Shown: positions 1 to 10,551, counted from the stretch's first letter. The stretch: DNA of 64,000 nucleotides from Candidatus Collierbacteria bacterium UBA2277 (GCA_002347045.1 DDWV01000001.1:223381-287380), one strand, 5' to 3'. The notes: a model not told the origin generated them from the sequence alone. Program-made: numbers and translations.

Positions 1-301
1 AAGTGTGTCTGAGGTAAGTATTATTACCTATGACAGTAAACCAATTGAACTATCAATATCTTCTCCTAAAGATGGAAGTGAGTTTTATGGAAAACTAAAT
101 CAAGTGATTGATATAAAGGGAGAAGTAGATAAGAAAAACAGCCAAGTACTTATTAATAATTCTTTTGTGACTCTTGACAGTAATGGAAGTTTTGTTCACA
201 GATTTATGCTTTCAGACGGGGACAACACTCTGACCATTAGAGCATCTGACAAAGCAGGTAACGTTGACGAAAAAAGTCTTAATGTGGTTTACTTTCCCTA
301 A
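1..301 (+). CDS. C-terminal fragment of a surface protein with bacterial Ig-like domain (5' end lies outside the window)
   Basis: ORF is open from the window edge. It carries a beta-rich Ig-like motif 'IRASDKAGNVDEKS', which resembles 'VTATDKAENFNS' at the C-terminus of the 885-aa protein at 10552-13209. Confidence 0.45.
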   Translation, partial: SVSEVSIITYDSKPIELSISSPKDGSEFYGKLNQVIDIKGEVDKKNSQVLINNSFVTLDSNGSFVHRFMLSDGDNTLTIRASDKAGNVDEKSLNVVYFP

Positions 302-1368
302 TCTTTCGAGAAAAGACCAAGGATAAACCAAAAATAAGCGAGTATCCATATATAAAAAAGACTGTTGTTGAATAAGCTATGTACGGCCAATGTAAAAATC
401 ATGGCAAGAAAAACAGAGTCATTTTTCCCTGATTTGATAACTTTGTATCCAAAATTAAAGAAAGATAGAGTGCCCATGGCACCAGTTGTTGCCATAAGCA
501 AGATGAAGCTGTTGTCTATGGATAGTCTGGCGCCAGAGGCAGACCTTAATGTGTTGTATCCCCAACCAAACAATGGTCTTTGAGAAAAGAGAATTATGCC
601 ATTTTTCCAACTTTGCAGTCTGGAAAAAATAGAAAATGTTCGAAGAAGATTAACTCCTTCCCCAAACGGTTTTGGTGACAAAAGAATACCAGCTCCAAGC
701 AATACCAAAGTAATAATAATCCTTTGTTTTTTTTGAAATATCATAAGAAAAATAATTCCCGACACAAAACAAACAAAAGAGGCTCTTGAAAAAGTAAGAG
801 TAAGTAACACAATAAATAGAATTGCTGGAAAATATTTCTTGTTTCCAATAAAAAATATGGCGGTACATGCAAATATAGCTCCAATGAAATTTGGATCATA
901 AAATGAACCAATCAAACGATAGTAGTGGTCGTCAAAACCAATATTTTTTAAATATCTCATGTCTGGAAAGACAAAATACTGACCTAAACTAAGCACTACA
1001 AAAATTCCAAGTGAAGCTAAAACTTGATTTTTTAGCCTTGCAATACCCACTTCTTTTACTGCGATAAAGATAGAAGGATAAATCAGTAAGCGAACAAGAT
1101 ACATCGATGAGGTTAGTATCCCCGAAGATATCGTTTGGCCATAGTTTGCAAACAAGGAAACGGTGGCAATGGTTAAAAATATTGTGTATGACGCCATAAG
1201 AGTTTTTGAAAAGTACCTCTTTCTCTTTGGAGAAACCACCAAATAGAGAAATAGGACAGCGACAATTAAATCCAAATAATATATCGTAAAGGGAAGAGAT
1301 GATGGTGACAGGGAGAGTAGCTGACCAAAAGGCCAGATGTAAAGAAGTAGTGTGAGTAAGAAAGTCAT
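298..1368 (-). CDS. Polytopic membrane protein, O-antigen ligase/polymerase-like (Wzy_C family)
   Basis: 356 aa with about 10 predicted TM helices and a central loop. It sits in a glycosyltransferase cluster, and a similar protein is found at 53590-54921. Confidence 0.5.
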   Translation of the reverse strand: MTFLLTLLLYIWPFGQLLSLSPSSLPFTIYYLDLIVAVLFLYLVVSPKRKRYFSKTLMASYTIFLTIATVSLFANYGQTISSGILTSSMYLVRLLIYPSIFIAVKEVGIARLKNQVLASLGIFVVLSLGQYFVFPDMRYLKNIGFDDHYYRLIGSFYDPNFIGAIFACTAIFFIGNKKYFPAILFIVLLTLTFSRASFVCFVSGIIFLMIFQKKQRIIITLVLLGAGILLSPKPFGEGVNLLRTFSIFSRLQSWKNGIILFSQRPLFGWGYNTLRSASGARLSIDNSFILLMATTGAMGTLSFFNFGYKVIKSGKNDSVFLAMIFTLAVHSLFNNSLFYIWILAYFWFILGLFSKD

Positions 1369-2699
1369 TTATTGTTAAGTTTAAATATTTGAATGCCGAC
1401 TATGTTGGTATGGACTAGTGTACCGTTTACTTCTGATTGGTCGGTGTTTGTAGTTATGAGGAAGTCGTAATCTTGTTCTGGGTTAGCCCATGAGGTGTGG
1501 TCAAAGTTGTGAGGGAAATAATATAAGTTGTGAAGCTTGTCTATAAGTATTCTACTTTCCTCAGGAATGTTGTTTTTTACGAATTCATCTGAGTCTATAA
1601 ATGTGTCAGGCAGACGACTTGCTTGAGTAGTGAGAAAGGTGTTTGTGTTTTGTTTGCCAAGTATGTAAGGAAAGTACTTTTTTACTGCTACGAACCTAAG
1701 TCCAAAAATCATGAGTGACGAAAGAATACACAACGACACAAATACACTAGCATATTTGTCTTTCATCTTGGAAACAAAAGCTACTGCTGCGATGATAATC
1801 GCAGGTAGATATGGAAGAAAATATCGACTGGACGGAGGATCTAAAACCTGGCTAAATATTGCGCCTAATAGCCCAATTTGAGAAATTTTTCTAACGTCTT
1901 TTTGTCTGCTATACAAAGAGAAAACCGCCATGATTACCAATACAAAAATCATAGGAGATAAAAAATCGTCGAAGGGAAAAGTAAGAGACAAAGGTAATAG
2001 AATTAACCTAGTGAAAATTTCCTGAAACGAAGAGAAAGCATTGTGAATAATGGTGTCAAAGATGGGATAAAGAGGATTGCCCGTGAATTTTTGGGCTATG
2101 AAAAACCAGGGGGACGAAATAATTGCGGCTGGTATTATCAAAATTGGCCCAAATACCAAAGCGTATATGGCCAGAGACCCAAGACTAAGCCATTTTGTAC
2201 CAATTGAAAGGCCAATAAAAATTCCTCCCTTTATCATTTTGCCTGAGACAAGATAGAGTAGGGCAACACTTTCTAAAAATGTCCTGAATAAATCTATGTA
2301 AGAGCTTCCCGACTGCCAACTTACTAGCCAAGTGCAATAAAACAACGAAACTGATACTGATTTGAGTATGGTAGAAAACTTAAGCCTGTCGGTGATTTTC
2401 CAAATAATAATACATGTGCCGACACCTGACAAAAACAGAAATGCTTTTGGTCCTATAAAGTCAAAGTATTTTATAAGTGGAATAAATAATGTTTCAGTAA
2501 TCCTGGGCATTACCGAGTAGTACAAAAGTCCTCCTTTGAAATACCATTGTCGCTTGAGAAGCCAGAGTTTTGGGAGAGTAAGATGATACCAGAGAGAGTC
2601 AAAACCAATCTCTGGAGAAAAAACAGTAACTATGTTTAATAGTCCAATCAGAATTATCGGAATCCATATCAAAATCAAGACTGTTTTTCTTTTTCCCAT
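1365..2699 (-). CDS. GT-C fold membrane glycosyltransferase, PMT_2/ArnT-like (GT39/GT83 family)
   Basis: 444 aa multi-TM protein whose N-terminal loop motif matches PMT_2 architecture. It overlaps its neighbours by 4 nt. A paralog-like gene lies at 52157-53593. Confidence 0.5.
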   Translation of the reverse strand: MGKRKTVLILIWIPIILIGLLNIVTVFSPEIGFDSLWYHLTLPKLWLLKRQWYFKGGLLYYSVMPRITETLFIPLIKYFDFIGPKAFLFLSGVGTCIIIWKITDRLKFSTILKSVSVSLFYCTWLVSWQSGSSYIDLFRTFLESVALLYLVSGKMIKGGIFIGLSIGTKWLSLGSLAIYALVFGPILIIPAAIISSPWFFIAQKFTGNPLYPIFDTIIHNAFSSFQEIFTRLILLPLSLTFPFDDFLSPMIFVLVIMAVFSLYSRQKDVRKISQIGLLGAIFSQVLDPPSSRYFLPYLPAIIIAAVAFVSKMKDKYASVFVSLCILSSLMIFGLRFVAVKKYFPYILGKQNTNTFLTTQASRLPDTFIDSDEFVKNNIPEESRILIDKLHNLYYFPHNFDHTSWANPEQDYDFLITTNTDQSEVNGTLVHTNIVGIQIFKLNNK

Positions 2700-3409
2700 T
2701 GAAAAATTCGAACTGATAATGATTGGACACTCATAAGATATGCTTGAAAGAGGCCAGCTAAGCCGTCCAAAAAGCCCATTCTGAAAATATAGTTCTGAAT
2801 AAATTTTGCCTTAGGGAGAAAAAATAATCTCCAGTAAGTAAAAGGTTTGTTTTCTTTTTCAAGAGATTTTGCGTCAATAAGTCCGTACTGTGCCATTCTG
2901 TCCGAGAACTCCGAGACGAAACTATCTTTAATATGATAAAGAGGAGAAACTATCTCTTTGATACTCCCCTTTACTTTCCATGTTTCATGGACAGGACGAG
3001 AAAATTTGCCTGAGTTTTTTCTTGCTAACCGTAGGATTTTAGTATGTCCTGTTTCGCCATGCAGTAGTGGTTGATGAAAGCATACATCTATCCTTGGGAT
3101 GAGATAGCCTCGATTTTCTTTTCTATTGATCACGCTTTGTATTTCTCTGGCAAGCTCTGTGCCAACATACTCATCGTCGTCCACAAACAGAACCCAATCG
3201 CTTTTCGCCTTTTGTAGGGCAAAGTTTCTTTGATCTGCAAAATTTGAGTTAAGAGGCCTGAATATGTGTTTTATGATCCCTTTTTTATATTCATTTTTGT
3301 ACTTATCTGTGTCTGTTATAACCAGTATTTCGTCTGCAAAAGAAATCGATTTTAGCAACAAGCCAGGTATCTCCTCTTTTTTAGAAAGTATTACTACAGA
3401 TAATGACAT
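2675..3409 (-). CDS. Family 2 glycosyltransferase
   Basis: N-terminal 'VVILSKKEE...DEILVITDTD' followed by the DxD-type 'VDDDEY' motif. Confidence 0.6.
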   Translation of the reverse strand: MSLSVVILSKKEEIPGLLLKSISFADEILVITDTDKYKNEYKKGIIKHIFRPLNSNFADQRNFALQKAKSDWVLFVDDDEYVGTELAREIQSVINRKENRGYLIPRIDVCFHQPLLHGETGHTKILRLARKNSGKFSRPVHETWKVKGSIKEIVSPLYHIKDSFVSEFSDRMAQYGLIDAKSLEKENKPFTYWRLFFLPKAKFIQNYIFRMGFLDGLAGLFQAYLMSVQSLSVRIFQWEKEKQS

Positions 3410-4548
3410 TAATGTGAGACTCGACTACTAACTTTCCCTGATAAAACCTGGGAAGGGACTTCGACCAGCCGATATACCAGATATGAAACGGCTGTGGCAA
3501 CGATTGTCGAAATAACAAATAGAGAGATATGAATTATCAGATAGCTATCTTTGTATGGAAGGTTAGGAAAATTTACAAACATAGCTTTACTGATTAAATA
3601 GAGCACAGAGAAATGTATCAGATATAAACTATATGAAATTTTTCCAAAGAACTTGAAGACCTTTCCGTCGAGAAAATTGAAAATGGTTACTTTTTGACTG
3701 AATGCCGATATGCCAATGATAAAAAATGAAATTATGGCTTCAACTACTCCACCAGTGTACTCATTGGTTAGATAGCGGAAGCTTAAAAAGAGGACAATCA
3801 TTAGAGGCGCTAGGACGTGGACAGTCCAGTTTGGAATACCTATAAAAAAACTTTTGAACTTGGGAATAGAAAGACCAAGATAAAACATATAAAGATAACG
3901 AAGATCTCTAAAGTTGTCGATTTTAAAAACAGTAAAACTGAGATAAATTAAGAGTAAAGTGATACAGATGTCTATCCACCAAGATGTTTTATTGTTTAAT
4001 AAGAAAAATACAGGAAACAGTATTGAGGCAATTACAATTACACGAAGAGTCCAGGTGACACCTCCTGTGTATGTATTAACAAGCATTAAATTTAGAACAA
4101 ATTCTTTAGCCGTCATTTGAAAGTTCATCCACCAGTTGAACCATGGAGAAGAGGCGGGAAATGTCTGGTGTACAAAAATGGTGTTCATGTATATCGCTGT
4201 CAAAATGACGATGAGAATATAGACAGGATACAAACGAATTAGTCTTTTTATTAAAAATGACATTAGACCTCGAAAGTTGAACTTTACTTTTGCCAAGGAT
4301 GGACCCAAGACAAGCCCAGACAATAGAAAGAAAAGAGTCACGGCAGCACCTCCGTTGCCAAGAACCATAAGTAACTGCTGGATTTTACTCTGAGGGCTAT
4401 TGAACAAAAGGGGGTTCTGTTTCCAAACATTTGCAAAGCTGGGTATTGAAACTACAAGAAAGGAGTGATTTAGAGCAACAATAAGTGAAAGCAAACCACG
4501 CAAACCGTCAAGCTTTGTAAATCGTGTGGTATTTTTAGCTTCCATCAT
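3409..4548 (-). CDS. Acyltransferase family 3 (membrane O-acyltransferase)
   Basis: 'FTKLDGLRGLLSLIVALNHS' N-terminal signature and about 10 TM helices. Confidence 0.7.
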   Translation of the reverse strand: MMEAKNTTRFTKLDGLRGLLSLIVALNHSFLVVSIPSFANVWKQNPLLFNSPQSKIQQLLMVLGNGGAAVTLFFLLSGLVLGPSLAKVKFNFRGLMSFLIKRLIRLYPVYILIVILTAIYMNTIFVHQTFPASSPWFNWWMNFQMTAKEFVLNLMLVNTYTGGVTWTLRVIVIASILFPVFFLLNNKTSWWIDICITLLLIYLSFTVFKIDNFRDLRYLYMFYLGLSIPKFKSFFIGIPNWTVHVLAPLMIVLFLSFRYLTNEYTGGVVEAIISFFIIGISAFSQKVTIFNFLDGKVFKFFGKISYSLYLIHFSVLYLISKAMFVNFPNLPYKDSYLIIHISLFVISTIVATAVSYLVYRLVEVPSQVLSGKVSSRVSH

Positions 4549-4565
4549 CTTGTATTATAGAGTCA

Positions 4566-5447
4566 ATGAGAGATTTTCGAATACAGACTTTACTTAATTG
4601 CTGGAAAATAGTCAAGAAAAAAGAAATGCCGATTGGGAATTTGTTGGCTTATTCATGGCTTTGGATTAAACCTGCAAAGAGAAAAAAAATAAAGGCCAAT
4701 AAGATGTTTGACCTTAATGACTTCCCCATTCTGAAATATAAATCGTACGAGCTAGCAAAGTTTGATCCATTGTGGTTCCCTAGACTTTTTGAGCCAACCA
4801 CTTTAGGAATACGAACTTGGGAGTATGGTTTGCTACTGGAAAGTACCGGGTTTAGAAAAAAAACTGTTTTGGATGCCGGGTGTGGAAACAGCAGGCTTCC
4901 TCTTTTTTTAGCCAAGAAAGGCGCCAAGGTGACTCTTCTTGACATGAATGACCCCCTAGAAAAAACTGTGGTCAAAAGACATAAAAACCTGAGGTTTGTC
5001 CTTGGTGATATGACCAGGCTAAAGTTCTCAGACAATCACTTTGATAGAGTAATTTGTATCTCTGCAATTGAACACGTGGATATGAAATCTGGTGGAGATT
5101 TTTTTTCAGAAAAAGAATATATTTCTCGTGCTCTTAAAACTATCAAAGAACTAGCTAGAGTTACAAAAGCTAAAGGCGTATTTTATCTAACAACTGACTT
5201 TTATTTACCAAGGCAAGACACGGATAAATGGCCTGGTTCAAAAGACATAATTAGAGGAGCTTTTCCGTGGAAATGTTTGCCTCTTTTTGTGAAGGAAATG
5301 AAAATGAATGGTATCAATTTGGACAGAGAGCCAGAGATAGATGAGGGAATTTTAGTTAGATCAAAGAGTAGAGCAAATTACCGTGGTAGATATTTTACGA
5401 CAGTTTCTTTTAGGGGAGTAAAGTCTTTGCTCGCAAGTAAAGATTGA
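4566..5447 (+). CDS. Class I SAM-dependent methyltransferase (start codon uncertain, may be internal)
   Basis: Motif I 'VLDAGCGNSRL' and acidic 'LLDMND'. Confidence 0.55.
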   Translation: MRDFRIQTLLNCWKIVKKKEMPIGNLLAYSWLWIKPAKRKKIKANKMFDLNDFPILKYKSYELAKFDPLWFPRLFEPTTLGIRTWEYGLLLESTGFRKKTVLDAGCGNSRLPLFLAKKGAKVTLLDMNDPLEKTVVKRHKNLRFVLGDMTRLKFSDNHFDRVICISAIEHVDMKSGGDFFSEKEYISRALKTIKELARVTKAKGVFYLTTDFYLPRQDTDKWPGSKDIIRGAFPWKCLPLFVKEMKMNGINLDREPEIDEGILVRSKSRANYRGRYFTTVSFRGVKSLLASKD

Positions 5448-6213
5448 ATAACAAATAGAATGGCAAACTTGTGACAGGAAGGTGTCTGCGACAAAATCTA
5501 AGATGACTATTGGCTAGAATAATCAATTTTTTCTTACCTAGTTTGTTTGTACTCATAGAAAGATGGTGGAATATCTTTACCGATGGACAAAATCCTAAAC
5601 AAAATCCTTTTTCGACAGCCCTTAGGCAATAGTCTGCATCCTCGTAGTAGAGAAAAAAACCATCATCCAACTTTCCTGCCACATCTAGAACTACCGAAGG
5701 AATCAAAAGACAAACGCCAGAAAAATAATCTGGTCTAATATTTGTGTTTTTACTTAGGTGATAGTTTCTTCCAAAAAACATGTCTACTTTGCCACCATAG
5801 TCATAAACAGCTTTTCCTTTGTCTTTGTACTCTACTTTTGGTGAGATAATGTCCCCTTTAGTTTTCAAAAGCTTTTGGAGAAAGTCTTTACTTTCTACGG
5901 TTGCGTCGTTGTTTATTAGCAAGACGAAGTCTGCCTTCATTTTCTTGGCGTAATCTAGACCTAGATTATTCCCCCCAGCAAAACCTAGATTTTTCTTTGA
6001 AAATATAAATTTTACCTTTGGAAATTTCTTATTTAGATTTCGTGACTCTTCTTCTACGGATCCGCAGTCGACAACTAGTAAGGTTAAGTCTATGCCGTCT
6101 TTGTTTATACCCTTAAACGACTTAAGACAGTCTTCTGTAAGGGCTGCGTTGTTGTAATTTACTGTAATTACTATAATTTTTTTATTTCTTTGTTTCATAA
6201 AATATTTTTTCAA
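5410..6213 (-). CDS. Family 2 glycosyltransferase
   Basis: 'IIVITVNYNN...LLVVDCGS...LINNDATV' GT2 signature. Confidence 0.7.
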   Translation of the reverse strand: MKKYFMKQRNKKIIVITVNYNNAALTEDCLKSFKGINKDGIDLTLLVVDCGSVEEESRNLNKKFPKVKFIFSKKNLGFAGGNNLGLDYAKKMKADFVLLINNDATVESKDFLQKLLKTKGDIISPKVEYKDKGKAVYDYGGKVDMFFGRNYHLSKNTNIRPDYFSGVCLLIPSVVLDVAGKLDDGFFLYYEDADYCLRAVEKGFCLGFCPSVKIFHHLSMSTNKLGKKKLIILANSHLRFCRRHLPVTSLPFYLLFNLYLRAKTLLP

Positions 6214-7276
6214 GTTTCGAGACTGTCTTTTCCCAAGTAAAGAATTTTTTTACTGCCTCTACCCCATTTTTCCCCATCTCTGACTGAAGTTCGCTGTTTG
6301 ACAATAGCATAGATATTGAGTCGGCAATTTTTTGGGGGTTTCTTTCTGTAAGCAGGCCTGTCTTTTTGTGAGTGACTGTTTCCCTAAAGCCTCCCTCACA
6401 AACAGCAATCACAGGTGTTCCGCAAGCCATAGACTCAACTACTGACAGGCCAAAAGGCTCTAAATGCGCTAAAGCTAGAGTGACTCTTGATTGATTGTAA
6501 ACTGTACATAGATCTTTTTGGCTCAGACTAAGAAGTAGTTTGATATCAACCCCTTTCTTTTTGGCAAAATTGACAATTGGCTTCATACTATTCTTTCTGG
6601 GTGAGGCGATAACTAATACTGGTCTAATTTTCTTATCCACCAAAGAGACTGCTTCTATAGAAAGCTTTAGATCTTTTTGCGGTTCATTGTTTCCAATGAC
6701 TAGAAGTTGATTTTTCTTGGCTATTTTTTTAGGGAAGTATTCTTTGGGGTCAACTCCTAAGTGAACTGGAATTGCATTTACTCCATAACTTCTAAATATG
6801 GACTCTACTGAGAAATAAGAGTTTGCTACTGTAACAGTGGCTTTTTTGGCACTAACTATTTCGATGTTTTTTCTGACTTGACGATTAATTTTCTCGTATA
6901 TTCTGTTTGGCAACGGAAGACTCGGGTCTATTTTTAAAAATTCTTCAAAGAGTGCTCGAGTTGGCTCCTGACAAAGAAAAACTGTAGGAGTTTTTAGGAA
7001 CCTTAGGATCCAGGGGGCCTGTGAATGTCTGTCGTGAGATACAAAACAAAGGTCAAAGTTTTTCGAGTCGATGTGTTTGGCAAGTTTGCGTTGCTTTATT
7101 CTTTGCAAAATAATAGATTCAAGATCAATAAACAGTCTATTCCGACTGGTCCACTTGGAGTTTTTTGGATCAGAAAAGAGTGTTATTTTATGTTTCTTGT
7201 TCAAAAGTTTCTGAACTTCTTCCATAGTTCGCGACGCTCCTCCTGAAGGAAGGTCTGAAAAGAAAGCGATCTTCAT
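6182..7276 (-). CDS. Family 4 (GT1-fold) glycosyltransferase
   Basis: C-terminal 'EPFGLSVVESMACGTPVIA' motif. Confidence 0.7.
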   Translation of the reverse strand: MKIAFFSDLPSGGASRTMEEVQKLLNKKHKITLFSDPKNSKWTSRNRLFIDLESIILQRIKQRKLAKHIDSKNFDLCFVSHDRHSQAPWILRFLKTPTVFLCQEPTRALFEEFLKIDPSLPLPNRIYEKINRQVRKNIEIVSAKKATVTVANSYFSVESIFRSYGVNAIPVHLGVDPKEYFPKKIAKKNQLLVIGNNEPQKDLKLSIEAVSLVDKKIRPVLVIASPRKNSMKPIVNFAKKKGVDIKLLLSLSQKDLCTVYNQSRVTLALAHLEPFGLSVVESMACGTPVIAVCEGGFRETVTHKKTGLLTERNPQKIADSISMLLSNSELQSEMGKNGVEAVKKFFTWEKTVSKLEKIFYETKK

Positions 7277-8577
7277 TCTCTTTCAATTGCCATCATCTCC
7301 TTTGTAAAAATTCGCCAAGTTACAAACAAAAAAGGTGGCACGGTAATAACTGAAGCCAAGAGGACACCGTATGCGACACCAACCACTTGATATTTTGGAG
7401 TTAGTATTAGGATTAAAATTATTTCTGTGACAACGGTAAAGACAGCAAAAAATGACGGAATTTGAGGTTTGTTCAAACTTTGTAAAAGGACTGAAGGAAT
7501 GGGTGTGAGAGCTGTGAGAACAAAATATATACTTAGGATTTTTAAGACGGGATATGCCGCCTCAACCACGACGGCGTCTTTAAGCCACCACATGAGGAAT
7601 TCTTTTCCAACTGAGAAGGACAGAAAAATGGCCAAGATGCCACCGATAAAGGTAAGTAACTGAATAGCAATTACTGAAGCCCTGAGCTTTCTAACCCTTT
7701 GCTTTTCCAGCAGTGATGTACCAAGTGGAAAAAAAGCTTGAGCAACTTGTGAGACTACTCCAGCCCCTTTGGCGACAATACTCTGGGGGATACTAAATGC
7801 AGTAATTGCCTGAGCTGAAACCATTACCCCTAAAGCATACTTGGAAAACTGGGCTTCGATTTGACTTGCAAGAGTTCCAACAAAGTTTTTGAGACCAAAA
7901 CCAACCAAAATTTTGCCTTCATTTTTGTAAAATTTTGGCAAGAAGTTCTTACCAGAAAATATTCTAGAAGAATAACGAGCCATAAAGATAAGTGTAAGTA
8001 TATGGAAAACTAACTGAAGAAGGAAAATGAGTGAGATATCAGGATAGTAGCCAGAAAATATTGCCGAGAGAATTGTGTTGGCAGACCCTACGAGAAGAGT
8101 TTTTGAGTTGAACACATCAAACCTTTGTTCTGCTTGAGGAAGACTTAGTAAGTGTGAGTTGATGTGGTTTATGAAAACGGTAATTGTCAGTATTAGAATT
8201 GTAAGGTTTAGCGTTAGTGGGTTCACGTTTTCAAGCAGTGGCAGTGAGTTGCTAAGGTATATTAAGATTGCAGAGATAAGCAAGGAAAGAACTATGCCGA
8301 TTATTAAGAAAAGACTAAAAGATGTTTTCCATGTCTGTATCCTTTCGCTGTCTTTTAAATTTGGAAGTGAAAGGCGGCGAACAACAGCGTTTGATATACC
8401 AAAATCAAATACGGAAGCAAGTGGAACTATAGAGCCTAAAAATAGATACACTCCAAACATATCGCTGCCAAGATTTCTAAGTAGTATGGAGATAGAAAAA
8501 AAACTAGCTAGTAATAGATAGACATAGCTTGCTAGATTAAATCCTGTGTTTTTAATTAAGCTTTTTTTTAGTGACAT
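7273..8577 (-). CDS. Wzx-like oligosaccharide flippase / polysaccharide biosynthesis protein (MOP superfamily)
   Basis: 434 aa with about 12 TM helices and a Wzx-like N-terminus. It is embedded among glycosyltransferase genes. Confidence 0.6.
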   Translation of the reverse strand: MSLKKSLIKNTGFNLASYVYLLLASFFSISILLRNLGSDMFGVYLFLGSIVPLASVFDFGISNAVVRRLSLPNLKDSERIQTWKTSFSLFLIIGIVLSLLISAILIYLSNSLPLLENVNPLTLNLTILILTITVFINHINSHLLSLPQAEQRFDVFNSKTLLVGSANTILSAIFSGYYPDISLIFLLQLVFHILTLIFMARYSSRIFSGKNFLPKFYKNEGKILVGFGLKNFVGTLASQIEAQFSKYALGVMVSAQAITAFSIPQSIVAKGAGVVSQVAQAFFPLGTSLLEKQRVRKLRASVIAIQLLTFIGGILAIFLSFSVGKEFLMWWLKDAVVVEAAYPVLKILSIYFVLTALTPIPSVLLQSLNKPQIPSFFAVFTVVTEIILILILTPKYQVVGVAYGVLLASVITVPPFLFVTWRIFTKEMMAIERE

Positions 8578-9659
8578 GAAATTTCTTCGTAGATTTTTTT
8601 TATTTTTTTGGCAGTTTTTTGACAGTTAAATCTTTCCTCAGCCCTTTGACGGGAGGCGATTGAAAGGGATTGCCTTAGATTTACATTATAAATGAGTTTC
8701 TCTAGGTTTGTTTTGAGTTCGTTGATATCTGAATGTCGAGATATGAGAGCAACATCTCCGCATACTTCAGGAATTGCGCCGCTATTTGTAGTAACTATAG
8801 GAAGTCCGCAGGCCATTGCCTCTAGAAGGCACATGCCATACTGCTCCTTCCATGTTTTTGTTTCCCTGCTTGGTAAGCAGAAAATGTCTGCTTTTTGGTA
8901 CTCTTTTTGAATTTGATGGTAGGGGATTGATTTTACAAATACGTTTTTGAACCCTACTAATTCTGATTTTAGCGGTCCGGAGCCAACGAAAGTAAGATTA
9001 ATTTTTTGATTATTTTCTTTGAGTGACAGGAATGCCTTTAAAAGATCCCCTACACCTTTTTCCGGAACGAGTCTGGCCACACATAAAATATTTACTTTTT
9101 TAGTTTTCTTTGCCGATAGATTTGGTTTGAATTTTTTGAGATCAATACCCATGTTCACTACGGATATTTTTGCTGGCGATACCCCCTCTTTGATTAGAGC
9201 TTGCTTGGCTTTTTCGGTGACGGCAATGAAATGATCGATGTTTTCGTATGCCATTCTTTTATACTGTTTTCTTCCTTTTATACTTTCATTACTAAAGGGT
9301 ATTATTTCCCAAACAGTGCTAACGACCCTCCTTACCATTCCCCTTCTCTTGGCCACAACAGCTTGATATGTATATCCATAATATGTTTCTGCTACGTGGA
9401 CAATATCCGATCCTTTTATCATTTTTTCAAGTCCAAATAGCCTATGGGCGTCTACAAATATTCTGTTGAGCACTGGATACTTGTATGGAAAATTTGGTAG
9501 ATCTGTAGGTGACCATAATTTTTCCAATGGCAAATCGATATTGCTTGATATGGGATGTTTTGAGGAATACACTGAGATTTCGAATGATCTTCTTAGACTG
9601 CTGTAGTTTTGAAGCTCAAAAGGGTTTAAAAAGGCTCCTCTAACGATTGATATTTTCAT
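8568..9659 (-). CDS. Family 4 glycosyltransferase
   Basis: 'EQYGMCLLEAMACGLPIVTT' motif. Confidence 0.7.
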   Translation of the reverse strand: MKISIVRGAFLNPFELQNYSSLRRSFEISVYSSKHPISSNIDLPLEKLWSPTDLPNFPYKYPVLNRIFVDAHRLFGLEKMIKGSDIVHVAETYYGYTYQAVVAKRRGMVRRVVSTVWEIIPFSNESIKGRKQYKRMAYENIDHFIAVTEKAKQALIKEGVSPAKISVVNMGIDLKKFKPNLSAKKTKKVNILCVARLVPEKGVGDLLKAFLSLKENNQKINLTFVGSGPLKSELVGFKNVFVKSIPYHQIQKEYQKADIFCLPSRETKTWKEQYGMCLLEAMACGLPIVTTNSGAIPEVCGDVALISRHSDINELKTNLEKLIYNVNLRQSLSIASRQRAEERFNCQKTAKKIKKIYEEISCH

Positions 9660-10522
9660 GTCCCAATTGACTTCTTCGTAATAATAATTAAATCATCAAT
9701 AAGGAATATCGTTTGTATCAATATATTTTTTACTACTCCAAAATGCTTTAAAAAATATTTTTTTCTTGACCACAACCACGAAGAATGCCTTATCCTATCC
9801 TTATTCTTACTGCTTGCCCCTCCGACATGAAGTATCTCTGATTTACTTGAATAGTAAATTTTATATCCAGCATTTTTTGCTCTCAGACAAAAATCAACAT
9901 CTTCTAAATACATAAAAAATGATTCATCAAACAATCCAACTTTGTTAAACAATGATCGCTTAACTAGCATATAGCCTCCTGTTATAACATCTACTGTAAA
10001 TGAGCTGTTTTGTTTTCTGTCTTGATAGTAGAAATATTTGTGCCATTTGTCATCACGGCGAAGTTTTCTAAAATTTGTAAAGTCGAAAATTCCAACCATC
10101 AAATTTGGAAATCTGAAATGAGAACCGCTTACCCTTCCCTCGTTGTCAATGGTGGCTCCCCCACATATTCCGGCATTATTTTTTTTAGCGCTATCAACCA
10201 AATGAAATAGTGAATTTCTCCTTAATATGGTGTCTGGATTCAATAACAGAACGTATTCACCATTGCTCTCTTTTATTCCCTGATTAACAGCGCAAGCAAA
10301 TCCAGCATTAACTTTATTTTTTAACAGTGATATGATTTTAAATCTTTTTTGTAACTTTAAGATTTTGATTACTGTGAGATCTGATGAGCAATTATCAATG
10401 ACAATTATCTTAGAGATTTCAAAATTTTTATTGTCGCTGTTTACAACAGATTCTATGCATTTATTTATATATCTTTCTGAATTAAATGTTACAATGATGA
10501 TTGTAAGGTTTGATTTTTGCAC
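9656..10522 (-). CDS. Family 2 glycosyltransferase
   Basis: 'LTIIIVTFNSERYI...IIVIDNCSSD...LLLNPDT' GT2 signature. Confidence 0.7.
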   Translation of the reverse strand: MQKSNLTIIIVTFNSERYINKCIESVVNSDNKNFEISKIIVIDNCSSDLTVIKILKLQKRFKIISLLKNKVNAGFACAVNQGIKESNGEYVLLLNPDTILRRNSLFHLVDSAKKNNAGICGGATIDNEGRVSGSHFRFPNLMVGIFDFTNFRKLRRDDKWHKYFYYQDRKQNSSFTVDVITGGYMLVKRSLFNKVGLFDESFFMYLEDVDFCLRAKNAGYKIYYSSKSEILHVGGASSKNKDRIRHSSWLWSRKKYFLKHFGVVKNILIQTIFLIDDLIIITKKSIGT

Positions 10523-10551
10523 TTTAGCTAATTAAAAATTAATTCTACACA

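Noticed and set aside
4649-5035. 128-aa minus-strand ORF antisense to the methyltransferase gene
   Set aside because: The plus-strand frame has a clear SAM-binding motif. The antisense frame lacks features.
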